Virus record (IMG/VR): IMGVR_UViG_3300043467_002020
Strand: one strand, 5' to 3'
Origin: an uncultured virus (IMG/VR IMGVR_UViG_3300043467_002020)
Lineage: Duplodnaviria; Heunggongvirae; Uroviricota; Caudoviricetes
DNA length: 64,000 nt
Position 1 is the first letter of the stretch. Every line of letters starts with the position of its first letter. The notes under the pieces were generated by a model that saw only the letters and a list, made by a program, of their open reading frames with translations, did not search any database and was not told the DNA's origin. Position numbers and translations under genes: made by a program. Positions 55,561 through 64,000 of this stretch are shown here, piece by piece.

Positions 55561-56910
55561 ATGTCGCAAGACAATTCCCGTACCGAGGAGCTTCAATCAG
55601 CCCTCCGTCAGAAGATGGCAGACAACAAGACCATCGCTGACTCATTCAAGGTAGAAGACGGCACAGTAGTCGTCACTACGGAACAGAAGACCGCGTTCGA
55701 CAAGAACATGCGAGACATCAAGGAAATCAAGTCGCTTCTTAGTGACCTTGATACCATGAAGTCAGTCGACCAGTGGGGCTCACAGCCTGCAGGCGAATCA
55801 GCCGCAGCAATGTACGCTGCCGCTGCCGCAGACCTCAGTCACTTGTCTTCACGTGAAATCAAGAGCATCGGTCAGCTATTTCTTGATTCTCCGGAATTCA
55901 AGGCACTCAATGGTGGTCGCAATGGCGCAAACATGGTTGCCCCATGGACCGTCGCTGCTTCACTGACGACCCAAGGAATGTACAACGTCAAGGATGTCTT
56001 CTCGGCAACCCCGACCGGCACCCCTGGTTCGTTTGGAACGATTCAGCGTGACCCGATGGTGACCCCGCCGACCCGCACAAAGCGCGTTCGCGACTTGTTC
56101 CCGGCCCGTAAGACCAATGCTGCTGTTATCGAATACTTCCGTCAGTTGGGTTTCACGACCCTACAGACGGGCCATGGTACGAACAGCGCCTCATCGGTTG
56201 CTGAGCGAAATAGCGGCAACACCGCCTTTGGCCTCAAGCCACAGTCGTCGTTCGCCTTCGTTGGTGAGCAAGCCCCAATTCGCACACTCGCACACTGGGA
56301 AGCTGCACACCGCAACGTTCTGTCGGACGAGCCGCAATTGCGTTCAATCATCGACAACGAACTCATGTACGGTCTCCGTCTCCTTGAGGATAATCAAATC
56401 CTCAATGGTGATGGCGTCGGCGAGAACTTGCTTGGTGTTTTGAATACCCCCAACATCCAGCAATACGCCTGGTCAGATGGAGAAAACTCCCCGGTCGCAG
56501 ATACAAAGGCCGATGCACTTCGTCGCGCCGCAACTCTCTCGTTCCTTGCTTACTACGAGCCATCTGGCGTCGTACTGCACCCGAACGACTGGGAAGACAT
56601 CGAATTGACCAAGGATGCCAATGGCCAGTACCTCATCGCAGTTTCGGTTGCAATGGGTGGCGAGCCACGCGTCTGGAGAATGCCGGTAATTGATACCCCA
56701 GCAATGACCGCTGGCAAGGCCCTTGTCGGAGCATTCGGTACAGGAGCACAGTTGTACGACCGCGAAGAGGCGAGCATTCGTATCTCTGAGCAGCACTCGG
56801 ACTTCTTCATCCGTAACGCAATCGTGATTCTCGCCGAGCAGCGTTTAGCTCTCGCAGTGAAGCGTCCCGAAGCGTTCGTTGAGGTTACCTTCGACAACGA
56901 GCCAGCCTGA
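55561..56910 (+). CDS. major capsid protein (HK97 fold, with N-terminal delta domain)
   Basis: 'VRDLF','IRTLAHW','LRSIIDNEL.YGL...EDNQILNGDG','VLHPNDW..IEL.KDANGQY','AEQRLALAVKRPEAF'. Confidence 0.97.
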   Translation: MSQDNSRTEELQSALRQKMADNKTIADSFKVEDGTVVVTTEQKTAFDKNMRDIKEIKSLLSDLDTMKSVDQWGSQPAGESAAAMYAAAAADLSHLSSREIKSIGQLFLDSPEFKALNGGRNGANMVAPWTVAASLTTQGMYNVKDVFSATPTGTPGSFGTIQRDPMVTPPTRTKRVRDLFPARKTNAAVIEYFRQLGFTTLQTGHGTNSASSVAERNSGNTAFGLKPQSSFAFVGEQAPIRTLAHWEAAHRNVLSDEPQLRSIIDNELMYGLRLLEDNQILNGDGVGENLLGVLNTPNIQQYAWSDGENSPVADTKADALRRAATLSFLAYYEPSGVVLHPNDWEDIELTKDANGQYLIAVSVAMGGEPRVWRMPVIDTPAMTAGKALVGAFGTGAQLYDREEASIRISEQHSDFFIRNAIVILAEQRLALAVKRPEAFVEVTFDNEPA

Positions 56911-56925
56911 TAACTTCTAGCTCTT

Positions 56926-56982
56926 AAGGGTTCCCCCCGGAAGTAGCCGCTTAAATGTGGTGAAACCGGGGGGTTTCCTTTA
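56926..56982 (+). terminator. GC-rich hairpin, probable terminator after the capsid gene
   Basis: CCCCCCGG (56933-56940) pairs with CCGGGGGG (56966-56973), followed by TTTCCTTT. Confidence 0.6.
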
Positions 56983-57014
56983 TATCGACACATTTATGTG
57001 GGAAGATTGTGTAT

Positions 57015-57830
57015 ATGACAAACCCTATTGACGAAACCCAGAAGCTTTATGAAGAGCTACAGGCAATATCTGACCAAATTGAATCAGAAATAGTCCTTGA
57101 GCAAATTACCGAGCAATCCATAATCGAACTCAAGCGCCTTGAAATGCAACCCATGTTCGACGAGTACTATGGTTCCTCTGTCTTCAGTAAGATGATTGAA
57201 AAGAGCGTCAGCAAGCCTGTCTATCGTGACCCTAAGGGTGGACTGACCGCAGCCGGACGAGCGTATTTCCGCAGAAAAGAAGGGGCCAACCTTAAGCCGG
57301 GGGTAATGGGTGCTGCGAATACCCCAGAGAAAATGAGAAGAAAAGGCTCCTTTCTAACTAGATTTTTTACGAACCCCTCTGGACCCATGAAAGATGAAAA
57401 GGGAAGAGCAACAAGACTCGCGTTGTCCGCTGCCGCATGGGGAGAGCCAGTGCCACAAAACGTGGATGATGCCAAAAAGCTCGCAGCTAAGGGACGCCGC
57501 ATGCTCCAGCGTTATCAAAAAACAAAAGATAAAACAAAATCATATTCCGAGTTCGATATCTTCAACAAAAATGCGTCTGAAAATTACTACTCAAATCTTG
57601 ATTCAGAAGAAATGAAAGGCGTTTGCCCAACAGGTGGGATTTTTGATTATTCTGACATTGACGCAGACGGCGAACTGTCTCTCAGGATTGCGGCAAGACG
57701 TGAACTAGCGAGCTTGGTCCCATCCCTCAAGTCCTCTATGTCGTATATTCCGTCAGACGCAGACAAGGCCAAGAGAATTGCTAGTGCCTCAAAAATGATG
57801 CGAAAGCGGAGAAAGCAAAAAAATGGCTGA
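57015..57830 (+). CDS. hypothetical protein with DUF6321-like basic domain
   Basis: 'DPKGGLTAAGRAYF...NLKP...RRKGSF..R...GPMKDEKGR.TR.AL...W'. Confidence 0.65.
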   Translation: MTNPIDETQKLYEELQAISDQIESEIVLEQITEQSIIELKRLEMQPMFDEYYGSSVFSKMIEKSVSKPVYRDPKGGLTAAGRAYFRRKEGANLKPGVMGAANTPEKMRRKGSFLTRFFTNPSGPMKDEKGRATRLALSAAAWGEPVPQNVDDAKKLAAKGRRMLQRYQKTKDKTKSYSEFDIFNKNASENYYSNLDSEEMKGVCPTGGIFDYSDIDADGELSLRIAARRELASLVPSLKSSMSYIPSDADKAKRIASASKMMRKRRKQKNG

Positions 57831-58221
57831 ACAATTTTGGTATGCAGCAAAAGTTATTAAGGTGGTTGATGGGGACACGCTTGATGTTCTCATTGACCTC
57901 GGCTTCAATATTCATCATAAGGTAAGAGTTCGGCTCTACGGACTCAACACCCCCGAGTCAAGAACTAAGGATTTGGGAGAAAAAGAGATGGGACTAAAAG
58001 CCAAATCTTTCACTCAAGACTGGACCACTAGGCATCAAGTAGTTTTTCTTAAAACAATCGCAGGAAAAGATGACAAATACGGCAGAGTTCTTGCACAGAT
58101 TTATTCAGACAAGGACATAAAGTCAGAAAAAACAGCTTGTCTCAACCTTGACATTGTATCTGCGGGTTATGCTCGCGAATATTTTGGTGTGGGCGACAAG
58201 ACATGGGAGGAATTCAAGTGA
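57823..58221 (+). CDS. thermonuclease (SNase) family protein
   Basis: 'KVVDGDT.D','VRLYGLNTPE','DKYGRVLA','GYA'. Confidence 0.92.
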   Translation: MAEQFWYAAKVIKVVDGDTLDVLIDLGFNIHHKVRVRLYGLNTPESRTKDLGEKEMGLKAKSFTQDWTTRHQVVFLKTIAGKDDKYGRVLAQIYSDKDIKSEKTACLNLDIVSAGYAREYFGVGDKTWEEFK

Positions 58222-58676
58222 GCGACAATACGTGGGCTTCTTATAATGGGCCAATCAAGGGTATTCGCATAGAGGAAAAAGCAGACGATTCCGCCAAATG
58301 CCCGACAGCAACAAAGGACATTTCTGTAAATCTTCAAAATCGTAAAAAGGCAATTGCCGTTGCTGATTATGGTCCACTTAATCCAGGAGAGGAAAATGAA
58401 GAGTTCTGGTCAAAGCTTGCCAATGAGTGGGAAGTAAGTGCTGAAGAGGCCAAAAAGCAAAAATGTGGTAACTGCTCCGTATTTATTGTTACCCCGCAAA
58501 TGAAGTCATGCATACAGGGCGGGCTCGTTGGGGAAGAAAAAAAAGATGAATGGGAAGCAATAGACAAAGCCGGCGAACTAGGCTACTGCGAAGCGTTTGA
58601 TTTTAAGTGTGCATCCAAGAGAACTTGCCGCGCATGGGTTGCTGGCGGACCGATAACTAGCGTCAAGCAAGACTGA
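58218..58676 (+). CDS. Cys-rich hypothetical phage protein (possible Fe-S/HiPIP-like)
   Basis: GGAGG RBS and GTGA overlap; 'CGNC...GYCEAFDFKCASKRTCRAW'. Confidence 0.7.
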   Translation: MSDNTWASYNGPIKGIRIEEKADDSAKCPTATKDISVNLQNRKKAIAVADYGPLNPGEENEEFWSKLANEWEVSAEEAKKQKCGNCSVFIVTPQMKSCIQGGLVGEEKKDEWEAIDKAGELGYCEAFDFKCASKRTCRAWVAGGPITSVKQD

Positions 58677-58711
58677 ATCGACCATGAACAATATAAGTAG
58701 AGGAAAATAAA

Positions 58712-59419
58712 ATGGCAGCACAAAAAGGTATTGGAGTTGTTTTTCATTGTTCAGACTGTGACCCCTATGAGGTGAGGTCTTACGGCTGGGGTGGTGAATG
58801 GCCAGGTTCGGACTGCGGTTATCACGCACTTACCGAAAACGCCAGAAGGTACATTCACGCTCATCCCGAAGAGAACCACACGTTTGAAGACATGGTTGCC
58901 TTGGAGGTGGGAGACGAAGTATTACCAGTACTCATTGATTTGGGAAATCAAATACAATCAGGCTATGAAGTAGTAAAAGATGGCGTAGTAGACGCATACG
59001 AATGGTTGGATAAGAACGCCTGCAACATAGCGGTGACTGCAGCAATCTCGGCCGGGGTTGTTGCCTATTTTACGCCAGCACAGCCCGCAGGAGCGGCAAC
59101 ATCAACCTCTCTATCAATTATGGCACAGCCGCTTCTTTATGTTGCAGATATGGCAACTAAGGCTGTAATAGTAACGGCAATGAGTGAAATCATAACGGAA
59201 GGATTTCTGCTAATACCATTCGTTAGCGAGAGCATTGACCACACACTATTGAAAAACATAATCTCAAACTGTTTAGCCAAAAGTTTAGATTCAGCAGCAC
59301 TGTGGGCAACGCCAGCGGGTGTTGGCATTGCAATCGGAGCAGCGGTTGCGCCTGTTATTGCAGATTTGATATGTACAAAAACCTGTCCTGAGGGATTTAC
59401 CAAAGCGTTTAACGGGTAA
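58712..59419 (+). CDS. hypothetical protein with hydrophobic helical C-terminal half
   Basis: GAGG RBS; N-terminal CxxC...C.H; Ala-rich hydrophobic helices. Confidence 0.7.
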   Translation: MAAQKGIGVVFHCSDCDPYEVRSYGWGGEWPGSDCGYHALTENARRYIHAHPEENHTFEDMVALEVGDEVLPVLIDLGNQIQSGYEVVKDGVVDAYEWLDKNACNIAVTAAISAGVVAYFTPAQPAGAATSTSLSIMAQPLLYVADMATKAVIVTAMSEIITEGFLLIPFVSESIDHTLLKNIISNCLAKSLDSAALWATPAGVGIAIGAAVAPVIADLICTKTCPEGFTKAFNG

Positions 59420-59440
59420 AGAAGAATGCAGGACAAATAA

Positions 59441-59566
59441 GTGAAAAAGAAAATAACTAACGTCATAAACTGGATGGCAGCGATTGTTTCCACCATTGTC
59501 GTAGCAAGAATGGCTATCAAAATTAAAAAAGCAGCGGGTCACCCCAACCCTGAAATGTGGGAATGA
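59441..59566 (+). CDS. 41-aa peptide with one hydrophobic helix (MKKKITNVINWMAAIVSTIVVARMAIKIKK...)
   Basis: AGGA RBS, GTG start, basic-hydrophobic-basic layout; below the ORF-track cutoff. Confidence 0.45.
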   Translation: MKKKITNVINWMAAIVSTIVVARMAIKIKKAAGHPNPEMWE

Positions 59567-59922
59567 ATTGTGTGCTCGGCGCACGAAACGTAACGCCTGC
59601 CAGATTCTTCCTCTTTGCGGGCGTATCCCTGTTCCCCACATCTTTCACATATAGTAAAAGAACTTTCTTCAATAGCAATAATCAATGAATTCACTTTCAT
59701 GTAGCTATCCATGTCTGTGAGATTAAAATAAAACCGCAATCCACCCATCTTTTCTTTGACCTGTGCGATTGTGTAGTTTGGGTCTTGTGCGAATAAAATA
59801 TCATCGCATTCCCTTATTAGGTTCGCCCAACCATACCCGCAGTCAATCGTTGCCGGTATCCCGTCAGCAAAACGGTCAAGGATGTTTTGAAAATCAGGGT
59901 CTGAGCCTATGTTGGTGTCCAT
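59539..59922 (-). CDS. conserved phage hypothetical protein (QVKEKxGGLRFY, CxxC)
   Basis: 'CGYGW..LI...QVKEKMGGLRFY...ICERCG'; AGGA RBS. Confidence 0.75.
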   Translation of the reverse strand: MDTNIGSDPDFQNILDRFADGIPATIDCGYGWANLIRECDDILFAQDPNYTIAQVKEKMGGLRFYFNLTDMDSYMKVNSLIIAIEESSFTICERCGEQGYARKEEESGRRYVSCAEHTIHSHISGLG

Positions 59923-59945
59923 AATTAAATCCTATACTCACGTTG

Positions 59946-60018
59946 CGCGCCGGGCAGGATTCGAACCTGCAATCGACAGATTAGAAGTCTGTTGCCTTAT
60001 CCCTTGGGCCACCGACGC
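59946..60018 (-). tRNA. tRNA-Arg (anticodon UCU); CCA not encoded
   Basis: acceptor GCGTCGG/CCGGCGC; anticodon arm ACAGA-CTTCTAA-TCTGT; T arm GCAGG-TTCGAAT-CCTGC. Confidence 0.93.
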
Positions 60019-60521
60019 TAGGGGTTTTGCTTGTTCTTTCTAGCATGATACAGATTTCTTTGCCGTTCATTTTGCTTCTCTTTGTTTTTTAGACGGTACT
60101 CGCGCTTGCATTCTTTACAAACTCTGTATTCTTTACCAATTTGTCTGCCTTGCTTCTTTACATAGACAAGAGGTTCAAACTCTTCAAAAGAGTGACCCTT
60201 CTTGCAGCCATCTTTCTTCCTATTAGAAGTTCCTTGTCTGTTTTTGTTAAACATGTCCCTTGAGTTGGCAGAATAGGTGTCGGCCCACAGGTGCTCTGGA
60301 TTGACACATGCCGGAACATCGCAGGTATGACAGATTATTAAACCATCAGGGATTTCACCCTTATGGATGATATAAGAATAATGGTGGGCCGAGGTTGTCT
60401 TGCGGTTTACCGCGAAAGAACCATACCCGCGAGAGTTTGGCGCTCCAGTCCATAACCAACAGGAATCAGTCTTGTTTACCTTTTGGAAAAAACGTTCTTC
60501 GAGGGACATGTTTTTAGGCAT
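60018..60521 (-). CDS. free-standing HNH homing endonuclease
   Basis: 'CWLWTG...GYG...AH..SY...GEIP...CHTCD...CVNPEHL...N..DM', C-terminal 'CKKGH...CKEC'. Confidence 0.88.
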   Translation of the reverse strand: MPKNMSLEERFFQKVNKTDSCWLWTGAPNSRGYGSFAVNRKTTSAHHYSYIIHKGEIPDGLIICHTCDVPACVNPEHLWADTYSANSRDMFNKNRQGTSNRKKDGCKKGHSFEEFEPLVYVKKQGRQIGKEYRVCKECKREYRLKNKEKQNERQRNLYHARKNKQNP

Positions 60522-60525
60522 GTGA

Positions 60526-62451
60526 CTACTTTACCGGACAAGCTCCAGTTGCGCAATCGTCCATATCAATCTCTCCGTTGAACTTCTCTTGTACTAATGG
60601 AATGGAGAAGTCGATTTTAGAGACCATCTTTTCGTATAGTTCTTTTGTTATCTCTTCATATGGAGGGAGAACGAAGTTGTGGTCGCTGTGCAAGAGGAAT
60701 GATACGGACTTCACGCTCTTGTCGTAGTTCTCAGTCAACCACTCCTGAATGCTTTTTAGCTCTTCTTTGCGGTAATAGACCGTAACGGAAACAGCATTGT
60801 CTGCCCACTCGGTTTGAACTTTCTTTACCCACTCAAGCTGCTGCACTGCTGTCATTTCGCTTGCCAAAGTTGAGCCCTCTGGAGACATGCAGGGGAATTC
60901 CACAACATAACGCGTATGGTCTTCTCGGCCATCAATGCCGATATCCCATACGACCTTGTAGCCACGCTTGCGACATGCGTCAACAAGTGGGTCTGCCGCT
61001 CCAAAACGAACGCGCCGGATGTAGTGAGGGGCAAAAGCCGGGTGAATGCCCGGAGTAACGCCTGGAAGCAGCGAGAGAGTGCCTGAAGGCTGAACCGTGG
61101 TCATTCTCACAGACTCAGGGAACCCCTTTTCCGCGGAATACTCCTTATCAAGGTCGCGTAAGTACTTGTACGCCGTATCGAGCCACGAAACCTGCTGTTC
61201 AGTTGCCTGAAGAACTCCAGTAATGCTTTGACCAAGGCGTGCATTGGCCCTGACAATAGATGTCGTCTTCTCGTACGGGTACGGGAGTCTGGTGATTTGC
61301 TTCTGCGTCATGTAAAGGAGACGCGAAAGTGACAAGAATTGCGGCAAAGATTCGATATTAGGAAGAAAAATTGTCGCGAGATTGCACGATTCTCCATCTG
61401 CAAGTGCAATTTCCGCACATGGATTAAAGCCCTCGATTGTTGCGTCTGGGCGTTTTTCGCCAAGGCGACCGTGAGTTCGTGCGAGCTTCCTATTAACTAG
61501 ACCGTATGGCTCTCCCGAGCCGTCATATCCACGCCATAGTTCTGCTGGTATTTCTTCCCAGCCGTCGGCATATAGCGAATTGTTACTATTTGCTCGCCAC
61601 CCAGGAATGTTTCCTGAACCCCAGTTCTTTGCTCGGAGGAAGAGAACATCGTCAGGGTCGCCCATTGCGATTTGCGCCGAACGCCTTGATGAACCGGAAA
61701 CAACAATTCGACCAATGATATTGCAGATATCCAAAACATCGATTGACCTAAGCTTCTTGCCGACACGGTTATCTAAAACCTTGCAAATATCGCTAATACC
61801 ATCAATGAGGGCTCCAGGTCCGGAAGCAGTACCGCCAAACGTCTTGAGAGGTGCACCAAACTCACGAATCAAAATGGTCGAATAGGTAAAGGACTTGCCG
61901 GTATCAAAGTACGACTTAAGAACGCTATGCAAAAGGCGACGCCAGCCAGTACGACTGTCTGGAACAATAATGTCAGCGTCGTTACTACGCTCCTGTGTAA
62001 TAGTTACTCCACTCTTGATTCTGGGCAAGTCGTGAATCTTTGAACGCTCTACGGAAAAACCCACGCCACCGCCAAGCATCAGGTAGTCAAACAGCATTTC
62101 AAAATCTTCAACTTTTTCGATATTCGTGAAGTAGCAGTTGTTTAAAGACGCTCCGCCAAAACGTGCAACCATTCCAGTTCCTAGTTGCCACAAAGCACGC
62201 CCACTCATTGAGCAGCGCAGGTTATACATGTGGTCAAAAAGCTCTTCCGCTTCTTCGCGGGTGTAGGGAACGCCAATTTCTATTGCACCATTGACAACAC
62301 GCTGAATCGTTTCGGGCCATGTTTCGATGTTGCCGTTGTCTTTTGTGCGGCTATAGGTACGGAGAAAAACAATTTCTCCCATGCCATTGAAGCCCCATGG
62401 AACGGGACGATTGGCGTAAGAAGCAACGAATTTGTCATCAATGTGGTTCAT
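60526..62451 (-). CDS. nrdJ: class II (adenosylcobalamin-dependent) ribonucleotide reductase
   Basis: 'RTYSR','SGRALW','NNC','GGGVGF','NPCAEI','CNL','TTVQPSGT', C-terminal 'CATGACPVK'; no beta subunit adjacent. Confidence 0.92.
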   Translation of the reverse strand: MNHIDDKFVASYANRPVPWGFNGMGEIVFLRTYSRTKDNGNIETWPETIQRVVNGAIEIGVPYTREEAEELFDHMYNLRCSMSGRALWQLGTGMVARFGGASLNNCYFTNIEKVEDFEMLFDYLMLGGGVGFSVERSKIHDLPRIKSGVTITQERSNDADIIVPDSRTGWRRLLHSVLKSYFDTGKSFTYSTILIREFGAPLKTFGGTASGPGALIDGISDICKVLDNRVGKKLRSIDVLDICNIIGRIVVSGSSRRSAQIAMGDPDDVLFLRAKNWGSGNIPGWRANSNNSLYADGWEEIPAELWRGYDGSGEPYGLVNRKLARTHGRLGEKRPDATIEGFNPCAEIALADGESCNLATIFLPNIESLPQFLSLSRLLYMTQKQITRLPYPYEKTTSIVRANARLGQSITGVLQATEQQVSWLDTAYKYLRDLDKEYSAEKGFPESVRMTTVQPSGTLSLLPGVTPGIHPAFAPHYIRRVRFGAADPLVDACRKRGYKVVWDIGIDGREDHTRYVVEFPCMSPEGSTLASEMTAVQQLEWVKKVQTEWADNAVSVTVYYRKEELKSIQEWLTENYDKSVKSVSFLLHSDHNFVLPPYEEITKELYEKMVSKIDFSIPLVQEKFNGEIDMDDCATGACPVK

Positions 62452-62540
62452 GATTTCCTGTCAGGTGGGTGGATTGAATAGTAACTAGGAAACGAGTGTA
62501 GCGCACAGATGAATAAAGAAAAAGTCGAGAGAATATAAAA

Positions 62541-62876
62541 TTAATTTAAAAAGCCAAGTCTCCTGGCTTCGGCGATAGAAATGTTTTTGCCTTTTTTATG
62601 GACAACTATTTTTGTAACAATACCTGGCGCAATTTCTCGCTCTTCGCAATAATCCTCTTGCATACAAAACGCCAAGGAGTCATCGAGAGAAGAGTGCGTG
62701 TTGTAGCCCCAAATATCTTCCGGCAACAAACTTGCAGAATTGCCCTCACAATCGCCAGTCGGGTGACCGCAAACGGGACACGGAAGCCTGTCGGCCCGAA
62801 GAATACTAAACCCAGAATGTTTATCTTCAAATATGGACATTTCGCCAAATCCTGGGCTATCGTAAAATGCATTCAC
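62541..62876 (-). CDS. hypothetical protein with CPVCGHPTGDC motif
   Basis: ORF in the minus-strand run; Cys/His cluster. Confidence 0.65.
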   Translation of the reverse strand: MNAFYDSPGFGEMSIFEDKHSGFSILRADRLPCPVCGHPTGDCEGNSASLLPEDIWGYNTHSSLDDSLAFCMQEDYCEEREIAPGIVTKIVVHKKGKNISIAEARRLGFLN

Positions 62877-62890
62877 ATTAATAAGTTTAT

Positions 62891-63529
62891 CTAAATAATG
62901 CTCTGCATAATAAAACCAAAACTGGCTATTTTTGCAGCAGCATCGAGAAGGCTCTGGTCGTCGACCGATTCGCTGGGCCCCATTTGAAGAACTCTATTTA
63001 ACATGTGGGGGTATTTTGTTTGTTTTGTATGGTGTTCTGCTTTTTCCGGATAAACCAGCACCTCTTTCCAGTGCACCTTGCGCCCTAACGCAATCTTGTA
63101 TGGGGCGGCAACCATGGATGTAGGCGTAATATGGCCATTTTCTTCGTCAATTGACGCATGGCTAACCGTCAGGCATTCATATATGGGCAATTTGGGGTCC
63201 GAAAACGCCAAAGCTAGGTCCATATTCTTGGTTTTATGGGAGTCTAGGGAGCAGTAACCCTCCGAGACCATGGTGATGGCCGTGGCCCACATATCCTTGC
63301 GGAGTACCTTGCACACCTCTTTGCATCTTTCAAAGCGTACTTCTGGGTCCAATTTCATTGTTTCAGAGTTCATTTGAGATATCGAAATCAGTCCGTCATC
63401 CATCCACGCTAGAAAATGGATGGCCAAATCCTCCCCAACCCCATGTTCCTCGACTGCCGTATCTTTCGCCAGCTGGGCCGATGTCAGGGCAAGAGCCATT
63501 TTACTAAAATCATCCATGTATTGGTCCAC
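62891..63529 (-). CDS. hypothetical protein
   Basis: probable GTG start at 63529, 5 nt after TAAAAT (leaderless), or ATG 63517. Confidence 0.65.
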   Translation of the reverse strand: MDQYMDDFSKMALALTSAQLAKDTAVEEHGVGEDLAIHFLAWMDDGLISISQMNSETMKLDPEVRFERCKEVCKVLRKDMWATAITMVSEGYCSLDSHKTKNMDLALAFSDPKLPIYECLTVSHASIDEENGHITPTSMVAAPYKIALGRKVHWKEVLVYPEKAEHHTKQTKYPHMLNRVLQMGPSESVDDQSLLDAAAKIASFGFIMQSII

Positions 63530-63620
63530 GAGGCATTTTAGACAAATATTCTTCATTTCCATGGTAAACAAATAAACCGCTTTTGCAACGGCCGACACAC
63601 TCATGCGCTAAGGTTGCATC

Positions 63621-63941
63621 ATGACTGAAAGCATCAAAAAGAACCAAACAAAGACCCCCAAGAAGGCCGCCGTTAAAAAGGCTCCTGCAAAGAAAACCGC
63701 CCCCAAGAAGGCCGCCGCCAAGAAGTCCCCGGTGAAGAAGGCCGCTGCCAAGAAGGCTCCTGTGAAGAAGGCCGCGGAGAAGCAGCCCGAAGTTCAATTC
63801 GATATCTTGGATGAGCTTCGCGATGAGGTCATTGAATGGGCCGACGATTTTATTGCCGCAAATCCGAATGTAAAAGTAAATGGCAAGGTTGGAATTTTAC
63901 AGACTTGGTTCCGTAAGTTCTTTAGTCGTCGCGCTAAATAA
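63621..63941 (+). CDS. histone-H1-like protein (PAKK/KKAA repeats)
   Basis: about eight KKA[AP]x pentapeptides followed by an acidic helix; TGCGC-TAAGGT-N6-ATG promoter. Confidence 0.8.
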   Translation: MTESIKKNQTKTPKKAAVKKAPAKKTAPKKAAAKKSPVKKAAAKKAPVKKAAEKQPEVQFDILDELRDEVIEWADDFIAANPNVKVNGKVGILQTWFRKFFSRRAK

Positions 63942-63964
63942 CTGCGCGAGTTGCATCTTTCATA

Positions 63965-64000
63965 ATGACAACAGAAAGACGCAGAGCCCCACGTAAAAAA
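63965..64000 (+). CDS. possible 5' end of a gene truncated by window edge (MTTERRRAPRKK)
   Basis: ATG 23 nt after the upstream stop; open to the edge; only 12 codons visible. Confidence 0.3.
   Translation, partial: MTTERRRAPRKK

Noticed and set aside
59946..60018. tRNA as a prophage attachment site
   Set aside because: No integrase, duplicated tRNA end or host genes in the window; phage genes lie on both sides.
1..64000. Alternative genetic code / stop-codon recoding
   Set aside because: Genes tile densely under the standard code and all three stop codons terminate genes.

Overview
This window is a 64 kb segment of a large tailed bacteriophage with a contractile tail and an HK97-type head. 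Leaderless TANNNT-N6/7-ATG promoters and actinophage-like proteins suggest an Actinobacteria host (inference). Left arm (minus strand, 1-19.5 kb): tail fibre/receptor-binding proteins, baseplate, tape measure, tail chaperone with a hidden -1 frameshift extension, tube, sheath and neck. Middle (19.6-29.2 kb): a paralogous gene pair, a basic protein, a PAPS-reductase-like (IbrA-like) plus two ParB-like genes, RuvC, HNH, PD-(D/E)XK exonuclease, a Rad52-like annealase and the terminase large subunit. Right arm (plus strand, 29.2-59.4 kb): a portal-MuF-like fusion, then a ~24 kb block between portal and major capsid protein. That block holds two giant multidomain proteins: 2913 aa (prohead protease + ArdC/metallopeptidase + SF1 helicase) and 2846 aa (zincin + ART-like + 2x ParB + DUF3626-like). 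End of window: tRNA-Arg(UCU), an HNH homing endonuclease, class II RNR and a histone-H1-like protein. The most notable signal is a recurring LSSG peptide in the linkers between domains of both giants, conserved in protein but not DNA. The head-block proteins also share Lys-type maturation sites, Cys-Cys motifs and an RCPxG-x6-FTD-x5-C motif. Together these suggest a capsid-loaded, proteolytically processed cargo-polyprotein system. All family calls are by motif recognition by eye; no searches were run.
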